Positions 1 to 12,834 of a DNA stretch of 64,000 nucleotides are shown piece after piece. Position 1 is the first letter of the stretch, and each line of letters starts with the position of its first letter. The translations under genes and the position numbers were made by a program. The notes under the pieces were generated by a model, which was not told where the DNA came from, did no database searches, and worked only from the letters and a program-made list of their open reading frames with translations. This DNA is from Batkoa obscura (lineage: Eukaryota), in NCBI GenBank assembly GCA_030770535.1, contig JASVEC010000014.1, forward strand, positions 186,001 through 250,000, read 5' to 3'.

Positions 1-37
1 AACATTTACACGGAATTTAAAAAGGATGTTTATATAG

Positions 38-2624
38 CCATACACTAAAAAATGAGAATAATTCAAAACTAGGTTTAATTCTTGAAATCCTTGATAATGA
101 AGCACTTCAACTTCCTTTAGATAACATTAGTAGCTTGACTGAATTTATTGAAAATCCAGCTATAGAAGTCTCAAAATCAACCATCTTGAACTTCATCGAC
201 CTATCTGAAGTGAGCACATCCACAAGTGGTTTTGAAAAATTGAGCAAGATTTATGTTTGTGACATTAAAACTATAGAAGATGCCAAGAAGGTGCAATTTA
301 GACTACCATCTGGAAACAAACCTTGGGGCTTAGCTGATGTAACTCGATGTTTTGATGGAATGCAATTTATTCATGTTGAAAAAGAGGATTGGATAAAGAA
401 CCATTACTCACACATTGTTTGGAACATATTTAACTTGGTACGTTATTTTCCAAAATTAATACAAGCTGATGAGAATTATCCAGAAATTGTACACAAGCAG
501 CTTAAAGTAAGATACAGAAATGAGGTAAGAGACCATATGAGTTTGTGTTTAAAGAGTATCGTTGAGAATCAAACTTCCTTGCAAAGTAATATAATAGTGT
601 TTATTAGTGAAATCATTCGAGGTGCTGACTTTAGCGGTGCAAGACCTCATTTTTATATTTCAGATGGATGGTATAGTATTAAATGTGAGTTGGATGAGCC
701 GCTCAGGAATTCATTATTAAACAATGAGTTTCAGTTGGGACAAAAAATTGAAATTACTGGTGCGATCCTTCAGTCATCGGGTTCTGTACCCATTTTAGAG
801 AGTAAAGACAAGCTGAGCTTAAAACTGAGCTCAAATGGGACAAGAAAAGCATGTTGGTCTAGAAAAATTGGACATCAACCTTACAATTGGTTTATCAAAG
901 AGATCAAAGACATTAAATTAAATGGTGATATAATACCATGTACTTTTGGTAGAATCATAAGAAAACACCCATTTAAGATAATGATAAGATCAAAATCAGA
1001 TGGAAAATCGACTATTCGTACTTACGAAGAAGAATTGGCTCTTAAGGAAAGCACTGATATGGATGAATCGGAGGATTTGACAGAAAATGAGGTAAGTTGT
1101 ACTCATGATATAGTAATATGAATTCATAAATAATAAATAGTTTACTCCTTTTTGCGCATTAAGAATAATTGATAAAAATAATACAGAAGCGCAAATAACG
1201 CTATGGAATATATCATTTGAAACATATAACGATTTCAAAGAAGGGGAAAATTACTGTGTAAAACTATTTTCATTATTATCAAGTTAATAATTAAACTTTG
1301 TTAGTTTTATAACCTTATTCCAAAAAGAAGTAAAGACAGGCATAAATTCAACTACCATAGTGTGTTACAATTAAATTCAACAATCAGTACAAAATGCGTT
1401 AATACAAAAGGGAGTGCTTTGAATAGTCATTATAATCCTGCGCTTGGAAAACAGTTAAGTACTATTACTTCGTTAGAAAGCCTTGAGAAAGGAAGTAACG
1501 TGGATATGTGCGTACTTTATTTAGGTAAGTTATATATGATGTAATGAATAATCTTACTTATAACTTTTGTAAAGGTAAACATTTGAATGGATGTGCATTT
1601 ATTGATCAATCAAAACGTATCTTGGTAATAATGAATTCATCACTAAGAATCGATGAGGCGAATAAGTTAAAAGTAAGAAACAAAAAAATAATCATACTTT
1701 AACAATATTAACAATATATTCTTTAGCCAAGCCATGTATATATATTAGAAAACATTTCTGTTAGTCACTATCATGCTAAGTTTGATCTGCAAGAAGCGGA
1801 TTTTAATTTTCATTCTTACGTGTCTACAAACAATTTTAATCAAGTACAACGTAATGCTTTTGAGATACTTGAAAGTTACTTTAATAAGTAAGATTATGTT
1901 AGCATAATAATAATACAAAAATTAATATTTTATAGATATCATTATTTTATATATAAAGAATTGGGAAATAAAATAGAAATGATCAAGCAGGGCACAAGCC
2001 TTATGATCCCATTGAGTCAATGCAATATTATGGAAGGCAAGTTTCTCAAATGGGAATGGAACAATGACAACTCGGTAATTGCAGAATTTCAAGATAGGCA
2101 TAATGAACAATGGAGTTTATTACTTGATTCAGCTGAATGGTATCAGCTGTGTGCTTTAAGTATAGGAGATGAAAAAGTACCTAAATTAATTAAGGATTTA
2201 AATGAAGGTAACTTTATTGATCCAAAGATAAGTTCAAGTGCCAATGTAAAAATTTATTTGGAGCTGAAAAAGTATTCAAATACAACTCAAGCTTTTTCAT
2301 TAATGACAAATATTTTACCTTTGGGTGATAATGAAACTTACGATATTAAGTCAATTCTTCCAAATATTAAAACAAAAAACAACTTGAAGCCACTTACTTC
2401 GATTTATATCCACGAATTGAAGAATATCAAAGCTTATTTTAAAAAGAGAGTGTTTAAAAATAGGAAATTTAAAGTAAGGCTTCTATTTTGTTATTTTATT
2501 GTTTTTTCATTGTTTTTAGTTATATGTATCGCCTAATTTAAATTCAGAGTATATCAATTGTTATAAAGTTGAGCATGTCACCTTGACTGGGCAGCCACCT
2601 TTAACTTGGGAAGCTTTGATGTAA
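38..2624 (+). CDS. BRCA2: BRCA2/Brh2-like DNA repair protein, C-terminal DNA-binding region (helical domain plus OB folds); multi-exon, 5' part lies before the window
   Basis: ORF 135..1121 has WIKNHYSHIVW, QLKVRYRNEV, ISDGWYSIKCELDEPL and SSNGTRKACWSRKIG, matching the BRCA2 helical/OB1 motifs. After intron 1092-1140 the frame continues AQITLWNISFETYNDFKEGENY (OB2-like). Further GT-AG introns follow; last exon 2520-2624 ends ...WEALM*. Acceptor AG at 36-37. Confidence 0.88.
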
Positions 2625-2918
2625 GATTAGTTGTAATTAAGTTAGGTTTATAACAATTGATTTATAAATCGATTGAAAATTGATATTTAATTTGGTGTGA
2701 TCAGTAATACTTTGTGCTATTAAATTCATCGTAAAGACAAAAAACAAATTTATTTAATAAATTGATCATGTATCAAAGCTGAATTTATTTACATAAATGT
2801 TTATCATTATTAATTTAACTGACATTTTGTTTGAAATTGAATTCATAAACAGGTGGTAGTTAAAAAGGATCATTATATATGATACTGATAATAATAAATA
2901 TAAATCCCCTAAGATAGT

Positions 2919-3022
2919 ATATGGGGATGTGTTTTTTTGTTTGAGAGTTTTACTGACAATTTTCCCACTCCAAATAGCACTTAGAAAATGGAAAGAGTAA
3001 TGAAAAAAACATACCCTTATAT
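2919..3022 (+). mobile_element. 99-bp MITE family copy (incl. ATAT flanks)
   Basis: ATAT-GGGGATGTGTTTTT...CAAATAGCACTTAGAAAATGG...AAAAAAACATACCCTT-ATAT. Confidence 0.85.
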
Positions 3023-4757
3023 GTGTTCGTTTAAACTTTTTCTCTATCTTTTTTAAACTCCTTCTTAATTGCTTCAAATTTTTAAAAATTGGTATTATTT
3101 TATTTCCTAAAACAATCTGATGCTTGACCTTTTCAAGCTTTAGATAAATAACATTGTTCATAGGATATTTTTTTAATGTGTGGTGTTTTAATAATTCTGA
3201 ATAAAATCAAACCTCTGAAATCTATCTTTGAACTAATTGTTTAATAATTTTATAAGAATACAAGGTTGTAAATGCGTTTCAAAAAACCAACAATATTAAT
3301 ATACTAACCTTTCTATACTGATTGTATATATATTTGACACATGTATTCAATTTATTAAGGATGGATAACTGTAAATAGGAGTTTTGGAATTCTCCATACT
3401 TAATTATGCATCTACCTCTTCACTATTATGTAATTACTTCAATCATTTTATTTATATTATGAAATAGTTGCTGTTTAAAATTAACATAATACATGATGAA
3501 AAAAATGGATCAAAGTTCATCATAGCAGAATTTTAAAAAAAATATAAGTCAGTATTATACTACAAACAAAATAGTTAATAATGGAGAAGTCATTTGTAAC
3601 AAAAAAATATTTTTCTTCTTTCCTCGAAGTTAAGAAAGTGAAAGGAATTAGGTCAGTTATTTTGACCAGATTATAGATTTTATAGAATGTTTAGGGTCCT
3701 ATTTTAGACAGTTACCAAAAGCCATGATTTCTTATATAGCTTTGATGATTATGAATTCTTATATTTTAGCTAGTGATAAGTCTGTAGCCTCAGACGCTGA
3801 CATAATACATACAGATGACCTATATTTTGGGCTATTAATCAACTATTCAGGTGAGGAAGAAATGATCCATTATTTGAAACCTTGCAAAGTGTGGGTTGCT
3901 AATTTCTACGGAGCAAGGTATATATAAAATAACATGCTAGGCATAACTGACTATAAATTACTTTATTTGGTCTAACTGGAGAAATGTTAACATAGGAATG
4001 CGTGGCTTAATAAAGGTTATGATAATGATCAACTTTCCACGAATAGTCGAAAATCTTTCGCCTGTTCAAGGACCGATTGTTTATATATCTTTATAATGTG
4101 CTTTGATGAATGATACTGGATTAATAAAAAGATATAAGAAGACTTGAGAGACAAATGCCATAGAAATATTGATAGCAATCTAACTCCACAAAGAGCAATT
4201 GTTGCCAAGTCTGAAAAATATTTGTACTTTGTTGATTTTGATAGAAACGCAAAGTTTGCATTCAAGAGTTCGATTTACAATACTATTTTTTATATTATTT
4301 TCAGAAAGATATTTTCGTAAATCAAACCTTAGTTGGTAAACAATATTTTGTTAACTATTACAAATTCATTACATATTAACAAAAACTTATTAAATATCAT
4401 ATTTATATAACTTTTTTCAAAATTGTTTCAACAATACGTGTTCAAGCATTTCAAATAATGATAAAGTAGCATACGTTAATACCGGTTAAGTAATGTTTAA
4501 GACTCACTGTTCAAATTCGAGTTTAAATTTCTATTATGTTATTATATTATTTAGAATACCTCAAATAGCTATTACTTATTATTGTTAATTTTCTAACAAC
4601 AGCATTAAAAAATAAATTGGAAAATGGGTAGTATCTATTGCAATTTTATGTTTATATAATCATATCGTTTTTAGAATAAATTAATTTTCTACATAATAGT
4701 TTTTAAATTGTTAGGATTGTTTTCTTTATTTAACATATATGTTCATTTCTAAATGAT

Positions 4758-4865
4758 ATATATAGATGTTTTTTTTGGCTTCATCACTTTTTCCATTTTT
4801 CAAGCACTATTTGAGTGGAAAGACCCCATTAATAAAATTCTTAAATACAAAAATACATCCCATAT
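4758..4865 (-). mobile_element. 99-bp MITE family copy
   Basis: Reverse orientation, ends AAAAATACATCCC-ATAT; internal AAGCACTATTTGAGTGGAAA. Confidence 0.85.
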
Positions 4866-5623
4866 AGTAGTATTATAGATTAAAAAAGAGTTCATTTATT
4901 CAGCATTGTAAAGTTTCATAATTTTTAAGTATAAAGACTAAATTTTTTATAAGACTATATATTAGGATATAAATATTCAACACCAAAAGAAGCTTAAAAC
5001 TTCTTTAAAACTCTAGGAGATAGAAGAGTTTTATAAATCAAAATTTAATTAACAAAATAGAAATATATGGTAATATAAATCTTACCTACAATAATTATTA
5101 GGACAGTAAATTACATTATAATCTCATTGAATGTTTGTTTTTATTTAAGTCTCTAAATAAGAGGTTCTTAAAAGTTTAAAGTGCTTAGTGAATAAACAAA
5201 AAATAATCACCTAAAGTGTTCAATTAGAATAGAGAAATAGATATTTATTGAGGGGAATGGAATATACTTTTTCAAAAAATAAGCCTGTACCCACTTAATT
5301 CCATTGTCACACCTGTAATCCTTCAACTTAAGCACTCCTCAAAGTCCCAATTTATCTCTGTAAATCTCAGTTTCTATATTATATGTTCTTATATTAAATA
5401 GGCACCCTGACGTTTACCTTCAACTTAAAATTAAGCCTATAAAATAGCTGATGATGAAAGCCAAATCTAAATATAGCAAATCTAAGTAATTCTTTGTCAA
5501 ATTTACAAATCAGGTTTAAAATTCAAAAATTTCGCAGCCTAAAATCGATTCAACTGCGCGCTTTCATCAATAAATACTGAAAAAATTCAAATTATGCTAA
5601 TTTTTTTTATAAAAAATAAAAAG

Positions 5624-8600
5624 ATGAATGCTCTCACTGCTAAATATGTTCCTGTTAATAGCTTGGAGCTAGCTTTAAATTTAAAGCTACCAGTAGAACA
5701 GATAACGACCATTTTTTCATCCCAAAGTACTCAACCAACATTTGATAAGTATTTGTTTTTAGCATTAGATAGCAGTGGTAGTATGGCCGGAGCTGCTTTC
5801 AATTTGGCTAAAGAAAGCATTGTAAACCTGTGTGAAATCACCCATGCCCAAGTGCAGGGGATCTCTCTATTTTCGTTTAATGAAAGTTGTACTGAGTATA
5901 TTTATCATGCTGGAGATGATTTCGACAAATTTAAGACACAAATTAGTGAACTATTTGTAGGTGGAGGCACAATGTTTAGATCTGTGTTTGAGAAAATGGG
6001 AAAAAGAATTTTACATATGGATGATACAAAAAAATCAATATCAATACTTTTTTTTTCTGATGGAGAAGATAATTATGAAAGAACAGATACATTAGTCAAT
6101 GATCGCTCAAGTTCATTAAATAAGTTTAAAGACATTATACAATGCCAAAATCAGCTATCTTTAGAGTTTCATTCAATTGGATTTACCAGCTGTCATGATG
6201 CTTACCTCCTTGGAAAGATGACAGAAATTGGAGATAGTATTGGTTCATTTCAATATGTAAAACAATCAAGTGATATTCAAGAATCTTTGGAACGATTAGA
6301 AGAAATTTTATTGGAAAATAAAATTCAGCTTTATGTTACTTTTAGTACGAGTTCTGAAGCAATAAAAATCAGATTGAATTCTCTAAACGTTGCCTTATTT
6401 ATAGTAGACAAACAACTAGTTGATGATCAGATGTGGTTATCAATAAAAAATGAAGATAATGAAAATAATGAAACAACTTATCAAAAACTATGTCCTATTG
6501 AATTGACTCCTTTTGAGTTTAATAAACAGGATGGTATCAGCTTTATCCAAGTTCAATGCGATGTGCTTGATATTGTAATTAAAAGGTTAGCAGATAAAGT
6601 CTTGAAATCTAATATTGAGCCCTTGTCAGATGAAGAGTTGATATCGATAGAAAATCAGCTAAATGAATTTGAGAAAAAAATTCAGCATTTTTATAAGAGT
6701 ATCAACATTCTTTGCAGTGAACAACGGAAAATTAGTAGGCCAAGGGTATTATTAACGAAAAAATTGATTGATGGACTTAAAGAAGGTATTTCTAGTCTAA
6801 AAAATTCAAAATTAACAAATAACATGATTGCTTCTTGGCAATCACTGGCAAGTCATAATATGCTGTTATTGAGTAACAAAGCAAAAAATAGAATAAACAG
6901 AAGAATTATAAATAATTCTAACCCTATTGATGATCTTGAAAAAGAAATTGAACAAACAGTTAAAGAAATTGATTTTGAGAAGCTAAGAAAAGAAGTCGAT
7001 AGTACAGTTTTAGATCAAACCACGTGTCCACTGACACGTTGCAATTTCATTGAAGCCTTAGAAGAGGGTGATTGTATTGGTCTTGGACTTCAGGTTCAAC
7101 GTAGTGAGGCATGTGTTTTTGATTCCACTTTATTAAAGATTACCAATGTAGGGCCAACATTTACAAGCTGTGTGGGATTTATGGATATATTGTCATATAA
7201 AATAACCAAAGAAGAAGAGGATCAATCGCAACTACATGGTGGTTTTGACAAGGAAAATAAAATTGCCAGTGTAACTACAGGATTAGCAAATGAGAAAATC
7301 AATGCAGTAATGCCTTTATATATAAATGAACATCATTGGAAGGTTGCATCTAAAAGAAGTAAAACAATGCTTTCATGGATGGCTACATTATCAGTTACTG
7401 GGGGTCTTGGTAATGAGATTAAGATTATCCCATTTCTGGTGCTTTCAAAATGTTTAGATATGGTTTTTAATCAACCAACAGAGCATAATCTAACTATTTT
7501 TAAAATGGTACTGGATACTTGTATGGCTATTTATAATAATAAAAGTATCAAACATGAGGTTATAGAAAAATATCAAAGGTTTATAGAGTCGCCTTTAAAT
7601 AGAATGAGTGACTCAATACCAAATCAGGCTTTCTTTTTGACTCAAGTACTCTGTGCTATTCATTCGGGTGATATTGAATTTGAAGACTTCATTGAAAAGT
7701 TCGAGCCTTTTTCTATATATATGGTTGAAGAGGTTATTCGTCGTAAATTAGTTAAAATGGAATTTGAAGATATAATCCTGGATGATTACTTCCGTTTATT
7801 TTCTATTGATAAAGCAAAAATTATTGAAGATAAAGTAAATAAATGGGAAACAGAGTATAATAGTAAGATTCAAGAGATGGAAAAAGAAGATGGAGCCAAG
7901 TATAAAGAAATGTTTATAAAACTGCTTAAAAGAATCGAGAATGGAGAGGAAGATATTGAAACGCAAATTAAAGTTGATAATTATGATATCTCTATTCCAT
8001 TATCTCATTATGAGTTTGATACCAGTGACATCAAATTTCACGAAGATGGGATTAAATTCATTGATAGAATAGAAGATGAAACCCGAGGGGGGATATCTTA
8101 TATATTGAATAAAATTAAGCAACTAAAACTAAACCCAGAAGCCATCAAAAGCAATAATTTACTGGAGGAGATAGTCTCTATTAATAAAAATAACACTATG
8201 AGTGCTAAATTATTTTATAGTCAATTAAGTAAGGAGCAAAAGTATAGTTTTTATGATCAAAATTATTTCAATAAAACAAATCAAAAGAGAAAGGAACTGG
8301 TGGGCTGTGAAATTGGTATTCGAAGCCTCAGTGATAGTGATAAAAGTGCTAAATCCTATATCAAGACATTGATTGAATCGAAAGTTAATAAAGAATATGC
8401 AAGAAAGCACAAGTTATTTGTCAAAAAGCTGAACAATGCTGAGGGTGCTCATCTTAGCATGCTATTCTTAAACACCCAGGACTTATGTGAAGCAGCAGGA
8501 ATATTGAAATACAAGGTTAAATTTCGATCGATTAAAAAATTTCAACAGATTGTTACTGCACTTCAATCCAAATTACCTAAATTAAATTCATTGACTATGA

Positions 8601-8881
8601 ATAAAATGATTGATATTCAATTAGCTAAGCTTGAGATGTTAGTTACCGGAAAATATCAAGGAGTTCAATTGTTTCAAGGGAATATGAGTGATAATATTGA
8701 TCCTCGTTCTGGAAAACCATTCAAAATTTGGGTTCCTGAGAACAAAAACTTGTATCGATTTTATAAGGTGTATCAAACTATTGAAGGGACTGATAAAAAG
8801 GAACTTTTGAACAGATTTAAAAGAATATTTGTTGGTAAAGAAGAATATTTAGAGAAGCGAGCAAAGAGAGATAATCTGTAA
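5624..8881 (+). CDS. Large intronless von Willebrand factor A (VWA) domain protein with uncharacterised C-terminal region
   Basis: 1095-aa ORF; second ATG at 5624 favoured because the paralog starts at the equivalent position. MIDAS signature LALDSSGSM, GGGT, ILFFSDGED, FHSIGF, followed by coiled-coil and a long unknown domain. Confidence 0.85.
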   Translation: MNALTAKYVPVNSLELALNLKLPVEQITTIFSSQSTQPTFDKYLFLALDSSGSMAGAAFNLAKESIVNLCEITHAQVQGISLFSFNESCTEYIYHAGDDFDKFKTQISELFVGGGTMFRSVFEKMGKRILHMDDTKKSISILFFSDGEDNYERTDTLVNDRSSSLNKFKDIIQCQNQLSLEFHSIGFTSCHDAYLLGKMTEIGDSIGSFQYVKQSSDIQESLERLEEILLENKIQLYVTFSTSSEAIKIRLNSLNVALFIVDKQLVDDQMWLSIKNEDNENNETTYQKLCPIELTPFEFNKQDGISFIQVQCDVLDIVIKRLADKVLKSNIEPLSDEELISIENQLNEFEKKIQHFYKSINILCSEQRKISRPRVLLTKKLIDGLKEGISSLKNSKLTNNMIASWQSLASHNMLLLSNKAKNRINRRIINNSNPIDDLEKEIEQTVKEIDFEKLRKEVDSTVLDQTTCPLTRCNFIEALEEGDCIGLGLQVQRSEACVFDSTLLKITNVGPTFTSCVGFMDILSYKITKEEEDQSQLHGGFDKENKIASVTTGLANEKINAVMPLYINEHHWKVASKRSKTMLSWMATLSVTGGLGNEIKIIPFLVLSKCLDMVFNQPTEHNLTIFKMVLDTCMAIYNNKSIKHEVIEKYQRFIESPLNRMSDSIPNQAFFLTQVLCAIHSGDIEFEDFIEKFEPFSIYMVEEVIRRKLVKMEFEDIILDDYFRLFSIDKAKIIEDKVNKWETEYNSKIQEMEKEDGAKYKEMFIKLLKRIENGEEDIETQIKVDNYDISIPLSHYEFDTSDIKFHEDGIKFIDRIEDETRGGISYILNKIKQLKLNPEAIKSNNLLEEIVSINKNNTMSAKLFYSQLSKEQKYSFYDQNYFNKTNQKRKELVGCEIGIRSLSDSDKSAKSYIKTLIESKVNKEYARKHKLFVKKLNNAEGAHLSMLFLNTQDLCEAAGILKYKVKFRSIKKFQQIVTALQSKLPKLNSLTMNKMIDIQLAKLEMLVTGKYQGVQLFQGNMSDNIDPRSGKPFKIWVPENKNLYRFYKVYQTIEGTDKKELLNRFKRIFVGKEEYLEKRAKRDNL

Positions 8882-9036
8882 TAATAAAATAAGCGATGTA
8901 TCAATTACTTATGTGTTGTTAATTTCTATGTTTTCTTTTCATATTATTAATTTATGTTTAAAAACCAAACATACAATCGTGAAAAATAGTCTGAAAGGCA
9001 TAACCTTTTAGAAATTTTATTAACTCTTTTTAATAG

Positions 9037-9143
9037 ATATGGGGATGTATTTTTTTGTTTAACAATTTTACTAACAATGTTTCCACTCAAATAGCGCTTA
9101 AAAGGTGGAAAAAGTAATGAAACCAAAAAAATCATCCTCATAT
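9037..9143 (+). mobile_element. 99-bp MITE family copy
   Basis: ATAT(9037-40) + 99 bp GGGGATG...CATCCTC (9041-9139) + ATAT. Confidence 0.92.
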
Positions 9144-9894
9144 ATTGAATCAACTAAAATCATCTTAAAGGCTACATTATGGGTTTTTATAGAAATCAAA
9201 AAGTTGTTTAAAAGGACAATTATTGAGGTATAATTCCGTGAAGTTAAATCAAGTACCCTTCTATTCCTTGGGCCAGTTTTTACATAAAAAATCCAGTATC
9301 TTTATTTGTTATAATAGATAAAACGAATTAACTAACAATAGTTGAAAGTTCTTGGAATTTAAATAAAATATCAATAGTTTATAATATTAAATTTCGAAGG
9401 GTTTTTGAATAATATTTGATCAAATGATCTAAGTGTTATCTTTCTTATGAAAATCCTTAGTATCGACCATAATGTCTTCAATTTATTTATGACATGTCAT
9501 AATAAAGTTGATCCCATTGTTATCTATAAAAACTCACAAATATCCTGTCCAAGAATTAGAAATCTATTTTTATTTATTTTTATGATACTTTCATATTGGA
9601 ACAGTTTGCTAAATGAACTGGAAAAAGGAACTGTTTTTTAAATGTTTCTGTTCACATACAATACTAAATGTTTGTTAAAAAATAACAACTAAAATAGGTA
9701 ATAAAAATAATTAAGTGTTAAATAAAATACTCCTTTTTTAACAAACTAGGTACTTAAATACTATGCTTTTTTACACCTTTAATAATGAATTATAATTATT
9801 TAATTAAGCTTAATCACTTCAATCAGTTAATTTCGAATAGCTGTTTCACTCATAATTACTATTTACTAGTAGTTATGACTTACAATAGTTCATG

Positions 9895-10001
9895 ATATGG
9901 GAATGTTTTTTTTGATTTCATTACTTTTTCCATTTTTTTAGCACTACTTGAGTCGAAAGATTGTTAGTAAAATTCTTAAACAAAAAAATATATCCCCATA
10001 T
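9895..10001 (-). mobile_element. 99-bp MITE family copy
   Basis: ATAT + 9899-9997 (GGGAATG...TATCCCC) + ATAT. Confidence 0.9.
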
Positions 10002-11074
10002 GAATATTGGTACTATAATTTAATACCTATATCCACACATATTTGTTTTATAATATTGTGATCATTGTACAATTTGATGAATTTTCTAATTAATGAAATG
10101 TTTATTTATACACTTTTAATAAATTTTTCAAGCTAAGCCAAACATTTAGTACTTTGTTTAGTTAAGTAACAAACTACAATTACAACAAAGGGAGTTATAT
10201 AGGGATTGGGATACTCTCTAAATAAAGACAGAGTGTTGTAAACAATACTACGAATTTAATGTTTAAATAGGTAATGTGTTAATGAGAAATCAAAGTTTTT
10301 AGATCTACTTCTTTTCGAATAAAGAATAAAAGTCAAACTTATAAGGGCAAGCCGTATGCAGACTGAGACTAGAGATGAAGAGTACAGGTGGGTCGTTGTA
10401 AAAAAACATATTCTTATGGGATACAGCTATGGTTCTGGAAATAACGTCTATAAAAGCAAAGAGGGGTACAGATTGAATATAGGTAAAGTTTTTCCAATAG
10501 TTTAGTTACCATTATTTGACTAACTGTTATTTTAAAATCTCAAGTAATAACAAAATCAAGCTATTATCTTAATTTTATTATTTTATTATACAAATTTAAA
10601 TAAATCAATTATTATATCATCCCAAATATTTTACACATAAATTTGTCCTAAAAAATGATAAAATTATTAATACATGTATTTATTTAATGTAATAACCATA
10701 ATTAAATATAGGTAGCCTACAACAACTTCATACTGATGATAACATGGTAAAAAGATTAGTTTTTTATTTTTTTCAGTTTAACACTTGTTTCTAAGGCTTT
10801 ATGAAAATGATAAATTCAATCATAAAAGTTTACTGTCAATAAGAGCGTTTAGTCGCTTTTTGTATTTTTACTATTTTATTTTTATTATTATATTTTTATC
10901 TTTGTAAGATAACTAGGCTTTTAGCTAATTTTTTGATTTGAAATGAAGGAAATTTAAAATATTGAATTTTATTAAAGATACACATAAAAATTAAAAAATC
11001 AAATCTAAATATAGTAAATTAAAGTTATTTCTCAATTAAATTTTGGTAAATTAAATTTAATACATCAGAACTGC

Positions 11075-11181
11075 ATATGTGAATGTTTTCTTTAGGTTTA
11101 TCACTTTCTCTATCTTTTGAGCACCATTCAGACAGAAAGATTGTTAGTAAAATTCTTGAACACAAAAACGTATCTCCATAT
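11075..11181 (-). mobile_element. 99-bp MITE family copy (diverged), upstream of VWA pseudogene
   Basis: ATAT + 11079-11177 + ATAT; conserved core TTGTTAGTAAAATTCTTGAACACAAAAA. Confidence 0.85.
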
Positions 11182-12798
11182 TCAAAACAAATAGCTGTGT
11201 TTCTTATTAAATAAGCCATAAAAACCTTTCGAAACTATTTTGAACAAAAAATAAAAATAAAATGAATTCTACCACAGATAATTATACTTCTATTAATGAC
11301 TTCAAGTTAGTTACAGGCTTTAAAATACGATTGAATCAAATAAATACTAATTTGAAAATTCAAAATAGCCAATTATAATTTGTGTTCATTTCTTGCCTTA
11401 GATAATAGTGATAGCATGTTTGATACTGCTTTTAAGTTAGTTAAGCAGCATATAACCTAACTTGTATAAATTTAGTTCTACTAAAGTACAAGGAATACCT
11501 TATTTGCTTTTGGTGACATTTATGATGGCCATGTTTATTACTGTGGAATGGATCTCAATGAATTTGAAGTTCAAATTCATCATTTATTTGCAATAGAAAG
11601 CAAAATTTAAAAATGGATTTGAAATGATGCAAAAAAGGATTGAATCTATAAGAGGTGAAAAAATCTATTTCCATTCTTTTCTTTTCAAATGGTGGGGATA
11701 ACTTTGAAAAAAAAGATAAGCTAATCAATGATTCTACAAACTCATTAAATCAATTTAAAAAAGTAATTCAAAATCAAAAGGAAATGATAGTAGAATTCCA
11801 TCGAATTAGGTTTACAAACCCCTATGATACATACCTTCTTAACAAAATGACTAAAATTGGGGAGAGTATTGGTTCATTTCAATGTGTTAAACAGGCAAGC
11901 GATATTTAAGAGGCTCTGAAGAAGTTAGAAGACATTGTTAGAAAATAAGTTTCAAATTTATATTACATTTGATATAAGTACTGAGATAATAAAAATCTAA
12001 CCCAATTTTTCAAGTACTACTTTGTTAATGATACCAAAGCAATTTTATGACAGTAAAATGTGATTGTCCATTAAGAATAAGTATAGCAATAGTAATAAAT
12101 TAAGCTATGAAAGGTTATGTCCTATAGAATTAAGTTTAATGGTACTTAATTAACAGAATAATATTAGATCTATTCGATTATATGTGGTTTATATAAAATC
12201 AATATTAAACAGTTATCAGATAAAGTATTAATTCAATATTGAATCATTATCAGAGGGAGGATTAACACTAATATTGACTTAATGATTTTGAAAAAGAAGT
12301 TTAATATTTGTATGAAAGAATTAGTGTATTTTATAGTAAACAACATAAGATTAATAGAGTAAGGATAATTTTAACTGAGAGATTAACTGATATATTTAAA
12401 GAATGTATTTTTAAAATAAATACTTCAAAGTCGTCAAATCATTTGATTATCTCCTACCAAGCACTTGAAAATAATACATTGTTTATGTTGAACAATACAA
12501 ATATAAATATAAACAAAATTGATAATGATTTTATTAGTAATAATGAAAAGGTTGTTGAACAAATAATCAATTTCTCATTAGCTAATTGTAATATATTGAA
12601 ACCTTAGAAGAAGGTAACTGTATTAGTATTAGACTTCAAGTTTTACGTAATCAAGCTTCCATGTCAGATTCTAGCTTATTAAAAATCGTTAATGTTGGAT
12701 CTTTCTTTATGAGTTATAGCGGATTTATAGATTTACTTTCATCTAAAATTACTCAATAAGAAAAAGAACAATTACAACTTAACGATAATTCCAAAAAT

Positions 12799-12834
12799 AA
12801 AAGTAAAAGTAAAAGTAAAAGTAAAAGTAAAAGT
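12799..12834 (+). repeat. (AAAAGT)6 microsatellite inside VWA pseudogene
   Basis: Six perfect AAAAGT units; absent from the intact paralog. Confidence 0.95.

Noticed and set aside
5308..5325. TCACACCTGTAATCC resembling an Alu segment (contamination?)
   Set aside because: Only ~15 bp match, and the surrounding sequence is not Alu.
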